From positions 841 through 64,840 of the forward strand of contig CAYUKU010000003.1 of assembly GCA_964445435.1 (NCBI GenBank): DNA of 64,000 nt. Reading direction: 5' to 3'. Below are positions 11,149 to 20,616 of this stretch, piece after piece (positions within the stretch are counted from its first letter, which is position 1; each line of letters starts with the position of its first letter). The notes below the pieces were generated by a model, which did no database searches, was not told the DNA's origin, and saw only the letters and a list, made by a program, of their open reading frames with translations. Source of the stretch: an uncultured Gammaproteobacteria bacterium. GTDB lineage: Bacteria; Patescibacteriota; Microgenomatia; UBA10105; UBA927. Made by a program: the position numbers and the translations under genes.

Positions 11149-11190
11149 CTATTTCCCTCCGAACGGCACGCTGCGACGATTCATATCCTA
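11149..11190. repeat. Inverted-repeat hairpin (8-9-bp stem, 20-nt loop) about 45 bp upstream of tRNA-Asp, related to the tRNA-Gly upstream element
   Basis: cgtgtcgcagc-tatttccctccgaacggcac-gctgcgacg, preceded by CCTACCA as at tRNA-Gly. The stem differs from the Gly copy at paired positions. Confidence 0.55.
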
Positions 11191-11286
11191 ACCATAGACT
11201 TAATCACGCTCTCGCAGAATCAAATCGGGAAATAGCTTATAGATGATATCATGCGGTCGAAGAAGTGGTCAATCGTATACCGGCCG

Positions 11287-12795
11287 TTATCCCAAGCTTT
11301 TCCGAAGCACCGCAGCCTGCACAAGCAGATCGCTCGTCAGATTGTTGCGGTCGAAACGGGTAACGATAAGGTCGACAAGTTCCTTATGCTCCAGTTCTTC
11401 ATTCGATTGAGGTGACAATTCAGCCCCCAGATATTCCTCTATGGCCGCCACATCTGCCTCAACTCCCGCAAGCTGTGCATGTGTGCGAGAGAGCTTCTTG
11501 AGTGATTTTCTGTTCAGAAACCTCCCTGCCCGCCGCATATCATCTTTGAGATTGATATACGTCTTCTCAAGAAGCGGCAGAATTCCTTTTTTCTTGGCTT
11601 CCTGAAGGCCTCTTCCGGTGCCAATGAGCTCCGGCGGAATTCCGAGTGAATACATCGCCCCGGTAAATCCGATCGCACGGGGAAGCGTCACTTTCCCCAC
11701 ACCACGGGAATATCCAAACAGTCCGACATGCTGCACGCGCTCCCGGCGCTTCGGCAACAAACTCGCCACATCGTTTATCACCGGCGCCAACTGTTCCACG
11801 GTCATGCGATAGGGCTCCTCAAAGGAGGTGAACACATCTCGAAGCGCCTCTTCCTGGTCTTGTCCTATCTGCTTCGCTGTCCCTCGAGGAAGAGAGGCGT
11901 GAAGTGTTTTGACTCCTTTCACCACATCGATGAACGGAAAATCATACCGAAACGCGCTTTGGATAAGTGCGGTTCTGACTCCTTGGTATTCGTTTGCGAA
12001 TTGTTCAACAGTTGCGGGCGTCAGGCCTCCGCGAAACGGAAGCGAAGCACTGCCAATAATGGGAAAAAGTTCAATCCCCGTTTGCTTGGTGAACTCACGG
12101 TACCGCGAAAGCGCAAGTTTGATCGCAACAACCGTGGGAACGATCCCGCTGTTGAGCGCCGGATCGCTTCGGGCGACGTACGGTCGTATATACTCAGGGA
12201 CAAAGCCAAAGGATTTTTCATGAAGCGATACGTACTCCCGAAGAATCTCATCAGACCGGGAAATCGTCTCAACGTTCTCGAAAAGCGGAATAATCTCGAT
12301 GTGCTTAATCGTATCGGTGGAGAAGTTATAAAGCGTATGTTTGAGAGACGCGATCTCCCGGAACGCTTCCTGAATCGCAATCATTTCCGAAGCAGTCTGT
12401 GTCATGGGAAGAATAACCTCAAAAAGCGGTGTGCTGTGAAGACCTACCTGCTTGGCGAGACTCGCCGCGGCCAAAATCCCCATGAATGCACGACCCAAAC
12501 GAAACTCTGTCTCTACCTTCGGATTGGGGAGCCGAAAGGTGATGAATTTCTCCTTCCCGAGCTGATGTTGGGCGAAGTAATCGAAATGTTCTCCCAACAG
12601 TTTCTCGACCACCGATTCATCTACGAATTTCCCTTCCCAGTCCCACTTGTATTCATCTATCCCAAGATCGCTGAACGTAAGAAAACACTCTTTCACTTCC
12701 TGCCTCGTGCTAACAAACTCCTTCGAGTGCCAATACGGTTTGCCCGCATGATCAGGGTGTTGCGAGGCCATTGTCGTGGGGATAATCCGCTTCAT
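11287..12795 (-). CDS. ppcA: Archaeal-type phosphoenolpyruvate carboxylase (PepcA)
   Basis: 502 aa. The N-terminus (IPTTMASQHPDHAGKPYW) and overall length match the roughly 500-aa archaeal-type PEPC family, not the roughly 900-aa bacterial Ppc. Confidence 0.7.
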   Translation of the reverse strand: MKRIIPTTMASQHPDHAGKPYWHSKEFVSTRQEVKECFLTFSDLGIDEYKWDWEGKFVDESVVEKLLGEHFDYFAQHQLGKEKFITFRLPNPKVETEFRLGRAFMGILAAASLAKQVGLHSTPLFEVILPMTQTASEMIAIQEAFREIASLKHTLYNFSTDTIKHIEIIPLFENVETISRSDEILREYVSLHEKSFGFVPEYIRPYVARSDPALNSGIVPTVVAIKLALSRYREFTKQTGIELFPIIGSASLPFRGGLTPATVEQFANEYQGVRTALIQSAFRYDFPFIDVVKGVKTLHASLPRGTAKQIGQDQEEALRDVFTSFEEPYRMTVEQLAPVINDVASLLPKRRERVQHVGLFGYSRGVGKVTLPRAIGFTGAMYSLGIPPELIGTGRGLQEAKKKGILPLLEKTYINLKDDMRRAGRFLNRKSLKKLSRTHAQLAGVEADVAAIEEYLGAELSPQSNEELEHKELVDLIVTRFDRNNLTSDLLVQAAVLRKSLG

Positions 12796-12905
12796 AAGAA
12801 ATACAATGTCGTCATTGTATCACCTGAGGCTGTTTTCTGGTAAAATAGAATCCGACGAATCCGAACTACACAGATTATAAACCGGTGATAAAGTAGTTAC
12901 GAATC

Positions 12906-12944
12906 GTCGCAAGGGTGTGAAAGCGGATGCGAACCCCTTGCGAC
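12906..12944. repeat. Inverted-repeat hairpin (10-bp stem, 19-nt loop) about 50 bp upstream of tRNA-Thr, same architecture as the Gly and Asp elements
   Basis: gtcgcaaggg-tgtgaaagcggatgcgaac-cccttgcgac. It shares the GTCGCA core and a CGAAC-containing loop with the other two hairpins. Confidence 0.55.
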
Positions 12945-12994
12945 ACATCGTAGGGAAAAGCGTTGGAGAAAAACCGTAGGTTTTGCTCCAGAAC

Positions 12995-13068
12995 GCCTCT
13001 ATAGCTCAATGGCAGAGCAGCGGTATCGTAAACCGTAGACGTCAGTTCGATTCTGACTAGAGGCTCCA
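12995..13068 (+). tRNA. tRNA-Thr (anticodon CGT), CCA encoded
   Basis: GCCTCTATAGCTCAATGGCAGAGCAGCGGTATCGTAAACCGTAGACGTCAGTTCGATTCTGACTAGAGGCTCCA. The anticodon loop is ATCGTAA. Confidence 0.85.
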
Positions 13069-13072
13069 TAAC

Positions 13073-13804
13073 TTGCTATGCTCATCTATAATAGGTGGTA
13101 TGTTACGAAGCGGAAGAATCGAAGAACGAAAAGCCCGCAGAAAGATCACCCTTGCCGTCGTGGGGAGTATCGCAGTTTTGGCATTTTTCGCCCTGTTTGG
13201 CCTGAAAATTCTTGTCGGATTTAGCCTCCTTATCGATCGGATCCGCGGAAATACACCCACTACCCAATCTCAGGAAGCACTCATCCTCCCGCCGATTCTC
13301 GACCCGATACCGAGCGCCACCAATAGCAGCTCTCTTGTGGTGAACGGATCGGGACAGGCTGACCTCACGCTTCTTGTGTATGTCGATGGCGAAGAATCCG
13401 AAACAACAACCGTCTCGAAAAACGGTACCTTTACGATTACCCTCACCGATCTTTCCGAAGGCACCAAGCACATAAGCGCCAAACAAAGGGACGACAAAGG
13501 GAATATCAGTGTTCTTTCAAACGTGCTTAGCGTACTTATCAAGAAAAAGGGCCCGCTTCTAGAGCTCACCGCTCCTGAGGACCGATCGACGATCACCGGA
13601 GAAGATAACAAAGCAACCATCTCCGGCAAAACGGAAGAGGAAGCATCAATAACGGTAAACGGTCGGGTGGTCGTCGTCTCCGGAGACTCGTCGTTTACGT
13701 ATAAATACCCGCTCAACGAGGGAGAAAACAAACTGACAGTCGTCGCCACCGACCAGGCAGGAAATACCACGACCGTCGAACGCATCGTTACGTACCGGAA
13801 GTAG
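13073..13804 (+). CDS. Membrane-anchored protein with Ig-like / beta-sandwich repeats (hypothetical)
   Basis: N-terminal TM helix (ITLAVVGSIAVLAFFALFGLKILVGF), then Thr/Ser-rich beta-rich segments (TFTITLTDLSEGTKHISA, NKLTVVATDQAGNTTTVERIVTY). The real start may be M10 at about 13100. Confidence 0.5.
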   Translation: MLCSSIIGGMLRSGRIEERKARRKITLAVVGSIAVLAFFALFGLKILVGFSLLIDRIRGNTPTTQSQEALILPPILDPIPSATNSSSLVVNGSGQADLTLLVYVDGEESETTTVSKNGTFTITLTDLSEGTKHISAKQRDDKGNISVLSNVLSVLIKKKGPLLELTAPEDRSTITGEDNKATISGKTEEEASITVNGRVVVVSGDSSFTYKYPLNEGENKLTVVATDQAGNTTTVERIVTYRK

Positions 13805-14927
13805 ACGACCGTTCAGATGCTCCCACATACAACCACACGAAAAGAAGCACCCACGGATAAACAAGGCTGTTGACGAATACACTGTGAACCAGAAGCGCCG
13901 AAACAAGGACGACTAACCCTTCGGACATGCGGGCCATGCGACAGAGCAACCATGCATAGAGTAAGAAACCTACAACTCCGGTCGTGATAAGTAGGAAAAG
14001 GACACTGCTGTCCACGCCTGCGGCAGCTTTCGATACGACGCCGGGCATGATGGGGGGCGCGTCAAAAATTGGCCGGAACCGAAGCGTATTAAACCCATGA
14101 CCGAAAACAGGCGCCTCACTGAAACGGATCATGCTCGCCTGCCAGTTCTCCACTCTGGATACTGTGGAAGCCAGGCGCGTTAATTTCAGCGTGTCTCCTC
14201 CGGGCGTGGGAAGAAGAAGCACCAATCCGAAGAACACAAGTCCGATGAGAAATTTCCATTCTTTTTTGAGGATAATCCATACTACAACTCCCGTTGCAAA
14301 TGCCAGATAGCTGCTTCTTGAATAAGTAAGATACAAAGCCAGAAGATTCACGAACTGGGTAAACCACAAAACCCGACGCGGAAACAGTTTCGCATCTGTA
14401 AGACCGACGAAAAGCGTGAGAACGATACCCACACCCGCGAAATTCGGATCCAGGAACGTAGAAAACAGCCGGTAATAATGTGGGTCCCATCCCAGATACC
14501 ACAGATTACGTAAGCTCGGATACAGCGCGAGTTGAATAAGTCCCAGAAGCGACACTATCGACCCTGCGACATACAGCCCGCGTTTCAGGGCGTTTGCCAT
14601 CGTCTTCTGCTGCAGCGCTGCCACATAGACACCGGCATAGAGAATCCACCGTAAAAGATACAATGCCGCTTCACCCAACTGCGCCGGGGAATACTTTCCG
14701 GCATTCGCAACGAGGGATATGACTGCGGCGGCGGCAAATAGCCGGATGGGCATGATCAGCCTCGGCGTCACAAATCGTCCCTGACGTACCGCATTCCACC
14801 CGGTCGAAACAAGAAGCATGAAAGCGAAGATGTCATGCAGGTAAATAACAACACCGGGCTTAAGAGAAATTCCTCCGAGTTGCCCGGCTACGAGACTCCC
14901 CAATAAGAAGAAAAAGAGCCACTGCAT
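13788..14927 (-). CDS. O-antigen ligase-like (Wzy_C) polytopic membrane protein
   Basis: 379 aa with about 10 predicted TM helices. It sits at the edge of the glycosyltransferase locus, and its composition is typical of O-antigen ligase/polymerase family proteins. Confidence 0.5.
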   Translation of the reverse strand: MQWLFFFLLGSLVAGQLGGISLKPGVVIYLHDIFAFMLLVSTGWNAVRQGRFVTPRLIMPIRLFAAAAVISLVANAGKYSPAQLGEAALYLLRWILYAGVYVAALQQKTMANALKRGLYVAGSIVSLLGLIQLALYPSLRNLWYLGWDPHYYRLFSTFLDPNFAGVGIVLTLFVGLTDAKLFPRRVLWFTQFVNLLALYLTYSRSSYLAFATGVVVWIILKKEWKFLIGLVFFGLVLLLPTPGGDTLKLTRLASTVSRVENWQASMIRFSEAPVFGHGFNTLRFRPIFDAPPIMPGVVSKAAAGVDSSVLFLLITTGVVGFLLYAWLLCRMARMSEGLVVLVSALLVHSVFVNSLVYPWVLLFVWLYVGASERSSTSGT

Positions 14928-14928
14928 A

Positions 14929-15669
14929 CTATTTCAGCAGGTAAAGTTTGCTACGCGTAAGAAACGAATGGAAACTCATCATAAACGCGACGAGTGCCCC
15001 TGGTACACCGTCTAAGAACCCCAGACGAAGGAAGTAGTTGAAGAAAAACTTCGCCAGAGGGTAGCCGATAATCTGGACAATTGAACTTCGTACACCCTGC
15101 GCATGAAGAAGCCGCGCATTCAGACTAGAATACCGGTCAATTTCCTTGATAAATTGTGCGACGTCTTGATGGGGGAAATGTACAAGTGGCTGTGCGAGTG
15201 TTTTTGTCGGACCCTTCACGTCCCATATCTCGTGTACCGGACGAATCCATACCCCTGCTTTTCTCTTGGCGAGGCGCAAGAGCCGGATATGAGCAGTCTC
15301 TCCGTAACGCAATTCCCTCCCCCACAGGGCGTCTCGGCGTGAAAGATAATACCCAAGTATTTCGCGGTTATCGGGATTCTCAATTGCTCTTCGAATCTCC
15401 TCGGCAAGAGCATCACTGACAACTTCATCAGAATCAACGAAAAGAACCCATTCCCCTTTTGCCTTGGAGAGGGCGAAATTGCGCTGCGCGGCGAAATCGT
15501 CACCCAGTGCATGATTATATACCGCCGCACCTCCTTTTTTGGCAACCTGCGGCGTCTGGTCTGTTGATTCGTCGTCTATAACAATGATTTCATCGCACCA
15601 CGCGACGCTTGCGAGCGCTTTTGGCAGCGTGTTTTGGTCATTGTGCGAGAGAATGACTGCGGATATCAT
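14929..15669 (-). CDS. Family 2 glycosyltransferase (GT2)
   Basis: MISAVILSHNDQNTLPKALASVAWCDEIIVIDDESTDQT...VLFVDSDEVV carries the DxD-type motifs. The ORF is open to 15723 but the likely start is the ATG at 15669. Confidence 0.8.
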   Translation of the reverse strand: MISAVILSHNDQNTLPKALASVAWCDEIIVIDDESTDQTPQVAKKGGAAVYNHALGDDFAAQRNFALSKAKGEWVLFVDSDEVVSDALAEEIRRAIENPDNREILGYYLSRRDALWGRELRYGETAHIRLLRLAKRKAGVWIRPVHEIWDVKGPTKTLAQPLVHFPHQDVAQFIKEIDRYSSLNARLLHAQGVRSSIVQIIGYPLAKFFFNYFLRLGFLDGVPGALVAFMMSFHSFLTRSKLYLLK

Positions 15670-16817
15670 TGGAATTGATTGTACACCTAAAACGGGGTTT
15701 CTATACACTGGGCCGGATGTCACTGAGGAACATTCTTCCTTTCATTTTATTCGTATATTTGACGGGCTTTCTTGCCCATGCTGCTATCGTTGGGAAAACG
15801 GTCTACGGAGACGGCGCGTATTACTACTCCTGGTTACGATCAATCGCGATTGACCACGACCTGGATTTCCGAAATGACTATCGCCTCTTTGAAATCACAC
15901 AGAAAACGACGCAGGTCGGACTCATCGGCAATATCTATCCCATAGGGCCTGCACTATTCTGGTGGCCGCTTTTCACGGCGATAGATGTGGTTGTCCGCGG
16001 ACGGGGCATAAGCATGCCGTATCAGATCGGCATCGGCATCGGTGGCGTATGGTATGCCCTCTTTGGGCTACTTCTTCTTTTTGGGATTCTGCGGAAATTT
16101 GCCTCAGAGAAAATCTCCCTTACTTCGCTTCTTGCCGTTGCCTTCGCGACAAACCTGTGGTTTTACGGGTCACTTGATACTGTCAATTCTCACGCGCTCT
16201 CGTTTGCACTCGCGACGGTGTTTTTATCTCTCTGGGTATCGTCCAAGCGGAATCATCTCGTGACCGGAGCTGTCTTGGGGTGCATGGCACTGGTGCGCCC
16301 GCAGGACGCACTCTACGGATTACTTCTTGTTCCCGGCGCTACCTTCCGGTCTCTTGCGCTCAACGGGCTCGGATTTTTGGGCACATTCTCGCTTCAGATG
16401 ATTGCCTGGCAACTGGTGTACGGAAAATTCTGGGCGAACCCGTATCTTGACCGCGGATACGGGTTTGATTTCCTGCATCCGAAGATTCTTCAGACACTTT
16501 TCTCGCCCAACAACGGACTGTTTCTCTGGACCCCGGTAACACTCCTTGGATTCATCGGACTTTTCTTGCGGGATTTTCCCAAACCTCAGTACCGGCCGTT
16601 TCTTATCGCGATCGTTATCCTTCAGATCTATCTCGTTGCCAGTTGGACGACATGGTGGCAGGGCGCAAGCTACTCCGGACGCATGTTTGTGAGCATTCTC
16701 CCTGTTCTTGCGATCGGTTTGACTCATTTCTTCCGTCAAACGAAACGTCTGAACGTCGTCGTGCCACTTTCCATCGTAAATGGTATTCTTATCCTCGTGT
16801 ATTTATTGCAACACTAA
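15669..16817 (+). CDS. Polytopic membrane protein, GT-C-like (PMT/ArnT-like glycosyltransferase fold) or DUF2029-like
   Basis: About 11 TM helices with a large aromatic content. It is divergent from the GT2 gene and sits in the glycan locus. The likely start is MSLRN at about 15717. Confidence 0.45.
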   Translation: MELIVHLKRGFYTLGRMSLRNILPFILFVYLTGFLAHAAIVGKTVYGDGAYYYSWLRSIAIDHDLDFRNDYRLFEITQKTTQVGLIGNIYPIGPALFWWPLFTAIDVVVRGRGISMPYQIGIGIGGVWYALFGLLLLFGILRKFASEKISLTSLLAVAFATNLWFYGSLDTVNSHALSFALATVFLSLWVSSKRNHLVTGAVLGCMALVRPQDALYGLLLVPGATFRSLALNGLGFLGTFSLQMIAWQLVYGKFWANPYLDRGYGFDFLHPKILQTLFSPNNGLFLWTPVTLLGFIGLFLRDFPKPQYRPFLIAIVILQIYLVASWTTWWQGASYSGRMFVSILPVLAIGLTHFFRQTKRLNVVVPLSIVNGILILVYLLQH

Positions 16818-16819
16818 CC

Positions 16820-17509
16820 ATGCAAACGCACGGACACACCACACTCGAAAGCATGAGTCAGGCGCTCTGGTATAACCGGTGGACGATGAACAAATTCTCA
16901 TCATTTCTCACCGGCGATATCCTCGAAGTGGGTTGCGGTATCGGAAATTTCACTCCCGCCCTCGCGCGCTTCGGGCGAGTATGGGCAATAGATATTGACC
17001 GCGATGCACTCGCGCGTACCAAAAAACAAATCACAGACGGAGTAAAAGTGGGTTTCGGTGATATCGAGAAAGGGAAATATTTCTTCTCCAAACGGAAATT
17101 CGATACGCTCATCTGCCTCAATGTATTGGAACATATACAAAACGACGGGGACGCAATTCAAAACATGCACACTCTCCTTCACACCGGCGGACACCTTATT
17201 CTACTCGTGCCGATCTACCAGGCGCTCTACGGAACGATCGACAGTGCAATTGGCCACTATAGGCGATATGCGCCGACGGAAATTTTGAGGCTTCTGACGA
17301 ATTCCGGCTATCTCATCGTCTCGTCGCGGAAATTGAATTTCCTGGGAGCCATCGGATGGTGGCTCAGCGGCAGGATGCTCAGACGATCTACGGTAAGCAA
17401 GCGCAGAATTTGGCTCTTCAACCGTGTCGCCCCCTGGGTGCTGCCAGTGGAAGACCTCATCGAGCCACCGTTCGGAACTTCGATCCTCATCGTGGCAAAG
17501 AGAAGTTAA
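16820..17509 (+). CDS. Class I SAM-dependent methyltransferase
   Basis: SAM motif I (ILEVGCGIGNF) and motif II (DTLICLNVLEHI). The ATG at 16820 follows the upstream stop at 16817; the ORF track begins earlier at 16643. Confidence 0.75.
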   Translation: MQTHGHTTLESMSQALWYNRWTMNKFSSFLTGDILEVGCGIGNFTPALARFGRVWAIDIDRDALARTKKQITDGVKVGFGDIEKGKYFFSKRKFDTLICLNVLEHIQNDGDAIQNMHTLLHTGGHLILLVPIYQALYGTIDSAIGHYRRYAPTEILRLLTNSGYLIVSSRKLNFLGAIGWWLSGRMLRRSTVSKRRIWLFNRVAPWVLPVEDLIEPPFGTSILIVAKRS

Positions 17510-18676
17510 CTATTCTTTCAATATTTTTTGGTATAGCACTGCAATTTTCTTCGCCCCGATGGTTATATCGTGAACCGACACTGCCCTTCGACGGGCTTTG
17601 AGCATATATTTCTTTCGCAACTGCGGACTGGTGATGAAAGATTTAATTGCCCGAGTCAGTTCCCCGATGTTTCCTGGTGATACAATAATCCCGGCGTCGC
17701 CAATGTTTTCCGGAATGCCGCCTGTATCTGTCGTCACTATCGGTAATCCGGCTGCCTGCGCCTCAAGCAGCGCGGTACAGTACTGCTCTTGCCATGTAAG
17801 AGTAGGTTTGCTGGGAGCCACGAAAATATCACCCTTCTCGTACATGTGTGGCATTTCTTCGTACGAGGCCGAGGCGAATTGAATCCGATTTTCTAAATTC
17901 CACCGGCGAATCATGTCCTTCATTACTTTCTTTTGACTACCCTCTCCAACGAAAAGAAATGTAAGTGTGTATTCTTCAAGCTCTTCATCAGTAACGAGAA
18001 GTCTCGCCGCCTCCAGAATATCCAAGACTCCCTTGTATTCCTCCAGCCGTCCGACGAAAAGCACGGTGAGCGTTTTTATTTTTGATGAACGGCGCATCTG
18101 CGTTGTCCTGGCCGGCTGGAACCGCTTCGTGTCCACGAAATGCGGAATGACGGTAATTTTCTCCTCGTCCGCGCCTTCAACGAGTAGTGCCTCTTTCGTT
18201 TTCTGCGTTAAGGCAATGATGTGATCAAGCTCCTCCCTAGCCCGCCTTTTAAATCGTTTCCTGCCCCAGATTCCTTCATTGTTATGGGGAATATTTTCTA
18301 GAACAGTCGCTATCACCTTTTTCACATATCCCTTCTTTTTCGCATCCAGACACTGTTGCGTATAACGGAAATACGTTTCCGCCGTGTGGACGAGATCGAA
18401 TCCCCTCAAAGCTTCCTCCAGGCCATGGAGGTAGTGCGCATCCACGAACACTCTATTGAGAACGGGCATCTTATAGGGAAAGTCGGGCGAGTCCATGGGG
18501 CTGGGAAGTTTCACGACCGGGAATGCGAATGATTCATGGTATGGTTTCTCCGATCCGAACGCCGTGATGTCGAAGTCCTTCACCAGAGGTTCGAAGAATT
18601 GCATTTCGTAGCGGTTCAGAAATTTCCCGCGGACAATCGCGACTTTTGGTCTACTCATACCGCTTGATGATTTCAT
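17510..18676 (-). CDS. Family 4 glycosyltransferase (GT4)
   Basis: C-terminal GT4 signature (EAQAAGLPIVTTDTGGIPENIGDAGIIVSPGNIGEL). Confidence 0.8.
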   Translation of the reverse strand: MKSSSGMSRPKVAIVRGKFLNRYEMQFFEPLVKDFDITAFGSEKPYHESFAFPVVKLPSPMDSPDFPYKMPVLNRVFVDAHYLHGLEEALRGFDLVHTAETYFRYTQQCLDAKKKGYVKKVIATVLENIPHNNEGIWGRKRFKRRAREELDHIIALTQKTKEALLVEGADEEKITVIPHFVDTKRFQPARTTQMRRSSKIKTLTVLFVGRLEEYKGVLDILEAARLLVTDEELEEYTLTFLFVGEGSQKKVMKDMIRRWNLENRIQFASASYEEMPHMYEKGDIFVAPSKPTLTWQEQYCTALLEAQAAGLPIVTTDTGGIPENIGDAGIIVSPGNIGELTRAIKSFITSPQLRKKYMLKARRRAVSVHDITIGAKKIAVLYQKILKE

Positions 18677-19736
18677 AGACTTTTTCGGCGAACTTGCGCC
18701 AGGAATAGCGTTTCGATCGAGCTAAGCCTTTCTTGATATACTCTCGCCGTGCTTTTTCATTGTTCGCCATTGTCGCCAGTGCTTCAGTCAACCCTTGTAC
18801 ATCTTGAGGATCGACGAGTATCCCGCTATCGCCTACTACTTCCGGAAATGCACCCGTCGTGCTACCGATCACGGGACATCCACTCGCCATTGCTTCAACG
18901 GCGGGAAGGCAAAACCCCTCATAAAACGAGGGTGAAACAAACGCAACCGCTCCACGATAATACGCTGCCAGGTCGGAAACAGGCACGTGCCCAGGCTGTT
19001 TTACTCTTTCTCCTAGATTGAGTTCTTTTATCAAGATATCTATTTGTGGATCTTTCCAATAATCTCCTCCAACAAGATATAAGTCGAATATTTTCTTCTG
19101 CGTCTTAATGAACTCAGAAAAGCTTCGAAGAATAAGGGGAACATTTTTGCCAGGTTTCAAGGCACCGACAAAGAGGAAATAAGGATATTTTCCTTTATAC
19201 TCAAAACCTTTACCCGCAAAGGTATCATTGGTACCAGGATGTGCAACGGTAATTTTTTCCGTTGAAAGTCCATATGATGTCGAAACTTTCTTTTTTACCG
19301 AATCCGATACACAAACAATATTTGAGGCTTTGTGAACTGCCCTCTCAGTTAGTCTAGCCAATTTTGCACTTGTACCTGGATAATTAAAGGGATTAAAAAG
19401 GAAATTATTATCATGAAGAATAACAATACTATGTGGAGAACCGAAGGGAATTGCCTGTGAAGGACCGATAAATAAGTCTACTTTATGCAACAATAATTCG
19501 AGTGGCAATCTTATCTCGAACCAGCCTTTTTTCGGCTTAAGCACTCTATTATGCATGCGCTTACCTAGATTATCCAGTACGCTCAAGTCAATTTTTTCAA
19601 AGCTATATAACTCGTAGGAATTGTTCCCATCAAGCCTACTTAATTCCTTTAAAAGATTTAAAGTTACCCAATAAACGCCCAATTCTAAGCGTTTATCGTT
19701 TATTCCTAAAGCTCCCGCGTCAACTCCGATTTTCAT
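18651..19736 (-). CDS. Family 4 glycosyltransferase (GT4); base composition shifts inside the gene
   Basis: EGFCLPAVEAMASGCPVIGSTTGAFPEVVGDSGILVDP. The 5' two-thirds (about 19020-19736) is visibly AT-rich and the 3' third is GC-normal. Confidence 0.8.
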   Translation of the reverse strand: MKIGVDAGALGINDKRLELGVYWVTLNLLKELSRLDGNNSYELYSFEKIDLSVLDNLGKRMHNRVLKPKKGWFEIRLPLELLLHKVDLFIGPSQAIPFGSPHSIVILHDNNFLFNPFNYPGTSAKLARLTERAVHKASNIVCVSDSVKKKVSTSYGLSTEKITVAHPGTNDTFAGKGFEYKGKYPYFLFVGALKPGKNVPLILRSFSEFIKTQKKIFDLYLVGGDYWKDPQIDILIKELNLGERVKQPGHVPVSDLAAYYRGAVAFVSPSFYEGFCLPAVEAMASGCPVIGSTTGAFPEVVGDSGILVDPQDVQGLTEALATMANNEKARREYIKKGLARSKRYSWRKFAEKVYEIIKRYE

Positions 19737-20616
19737 AAAGATGTTTCAAGTATTTAAGTATTCCGTCAAATACTCCTCGGAACGGAGTCACTAGAGAATT
19801 TATACTTACTTCTCTACCGAATCCGAACATACATCTTAGAATCCAATTCACTCTGGTGATGACAAAAAATGGAAAAAGGAATAAGTTTCTATTCTTTAGA
19901 AAAAAGTAGGTTTCGTTACTAAAGAAGTGGAAATACCAAAAAAGTCTATTGTCTACTTTCCGCGCTCCTCCGTGCGGTTCTCTTAGGTGATAAACCAAGG
20001 CTTTTGGTTCGAAAATAATTTTGTATCCCTTTGCTTTAGCGCGAAGGGATAAGTCTGATTCTTCTCTCATTGCATTGCCGGTAAATTTTTCGTCGAATCC
20101 GCCAATCTCCTCAAATAACGTACGGCGCCAACTAGCGTTGCACCCAATAACCGTATCGATTTCCTGTTTAACAGTGGACGAATAGCCATCTGAAAAAATC
20201 GCCAATTTAGAAATTCTTCCAACTTTATCATTCGTATGTTGAATATTTTGTCCATATGCTATTGATCGCCCGCAGACTGCTGCAACGTTATCATCGGCAT
20301 AAGATAACTCGTGGTTCTGAACTAGGTTGGGCATGGCTACGACGTCGTCGTCTAAAAAAAGCAGATATTTTCCAGTGGCGACATTTGCGCCGACATTTTT
20401 CGCATGCGACGTGCTTGCCTCAGAAAGATATATATATTTAAGTTTTAGATCTTTTTGCTTTGCAATTGTGGCTATAATTTGTTTGTTGTTAACTTCTTGC
20501 TCTACTACGACTATCTCCCTAATAAACTCTTTTTCTGTTACTAAAGAGTTAAGCAATCGAACTAAACTTTTTCTTCTCCTATATGTGGGAACTACAATAG
20601 AAAAATTAGCCCTCAT
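19720..20616 (-). CDS. Family 2 glycosyltransferase (GT2)
   Basis: FSIVVPTYRRRKSLVRLLNSL...YLLFLDDDVV carries the GT2 DxD region. The DNA is AT-rich. Confidence 0.75.
   Translation of the reverse strand: MRANFSIVVPTYRRRKSLVRLLNSLVTEKEFIREIVVVEQEVNNKQIIATIAKQKDLKLKYIYLSEASTSHAKNVGANVATGKYLLFLDDDVVAMPNLVQNHELSYADDNVAAVCGRSIAYGQNIQHTNDKVGRISKLAIFSDGYSSTVKQEIDTVIGCNASWRRTLFEEIGGFDEKFTGNAMREESDLSLRAKAKGYKIIFEPKALVYHLREPHGGARKVDNRLFWYFHFFSNETYFFLKNRNLFLFPFFVITRVNWILRCMFGFGREVSINSLVTPFRGVFDGILKYLKHLYENRS

Noticed and set aside
11728-12843. 371-aa plus-strand ORF across the PEPC locus
   Set aside because: It is antisense to a well-supported PEPC gene. Its translation is Arg/Lys-rich and low-complexity (..RRKRGVKCFDSFHH..) with no motifs, so it is a typical shadow ORF.
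12875-13069. 64-aa minus-strand ORF
   Set aside because: It overlaps the tRNA-Thr gene and the upstream hairpin, and its translation is not protein-like.
16320-16739. 139-aa minus-strand ORF (MTEEMSQTDRKNREN...)
   Set aside because: It is antisense to the GT-C-like membrane protein gene. Its sequence is charged, low-complexity and has no motifs.
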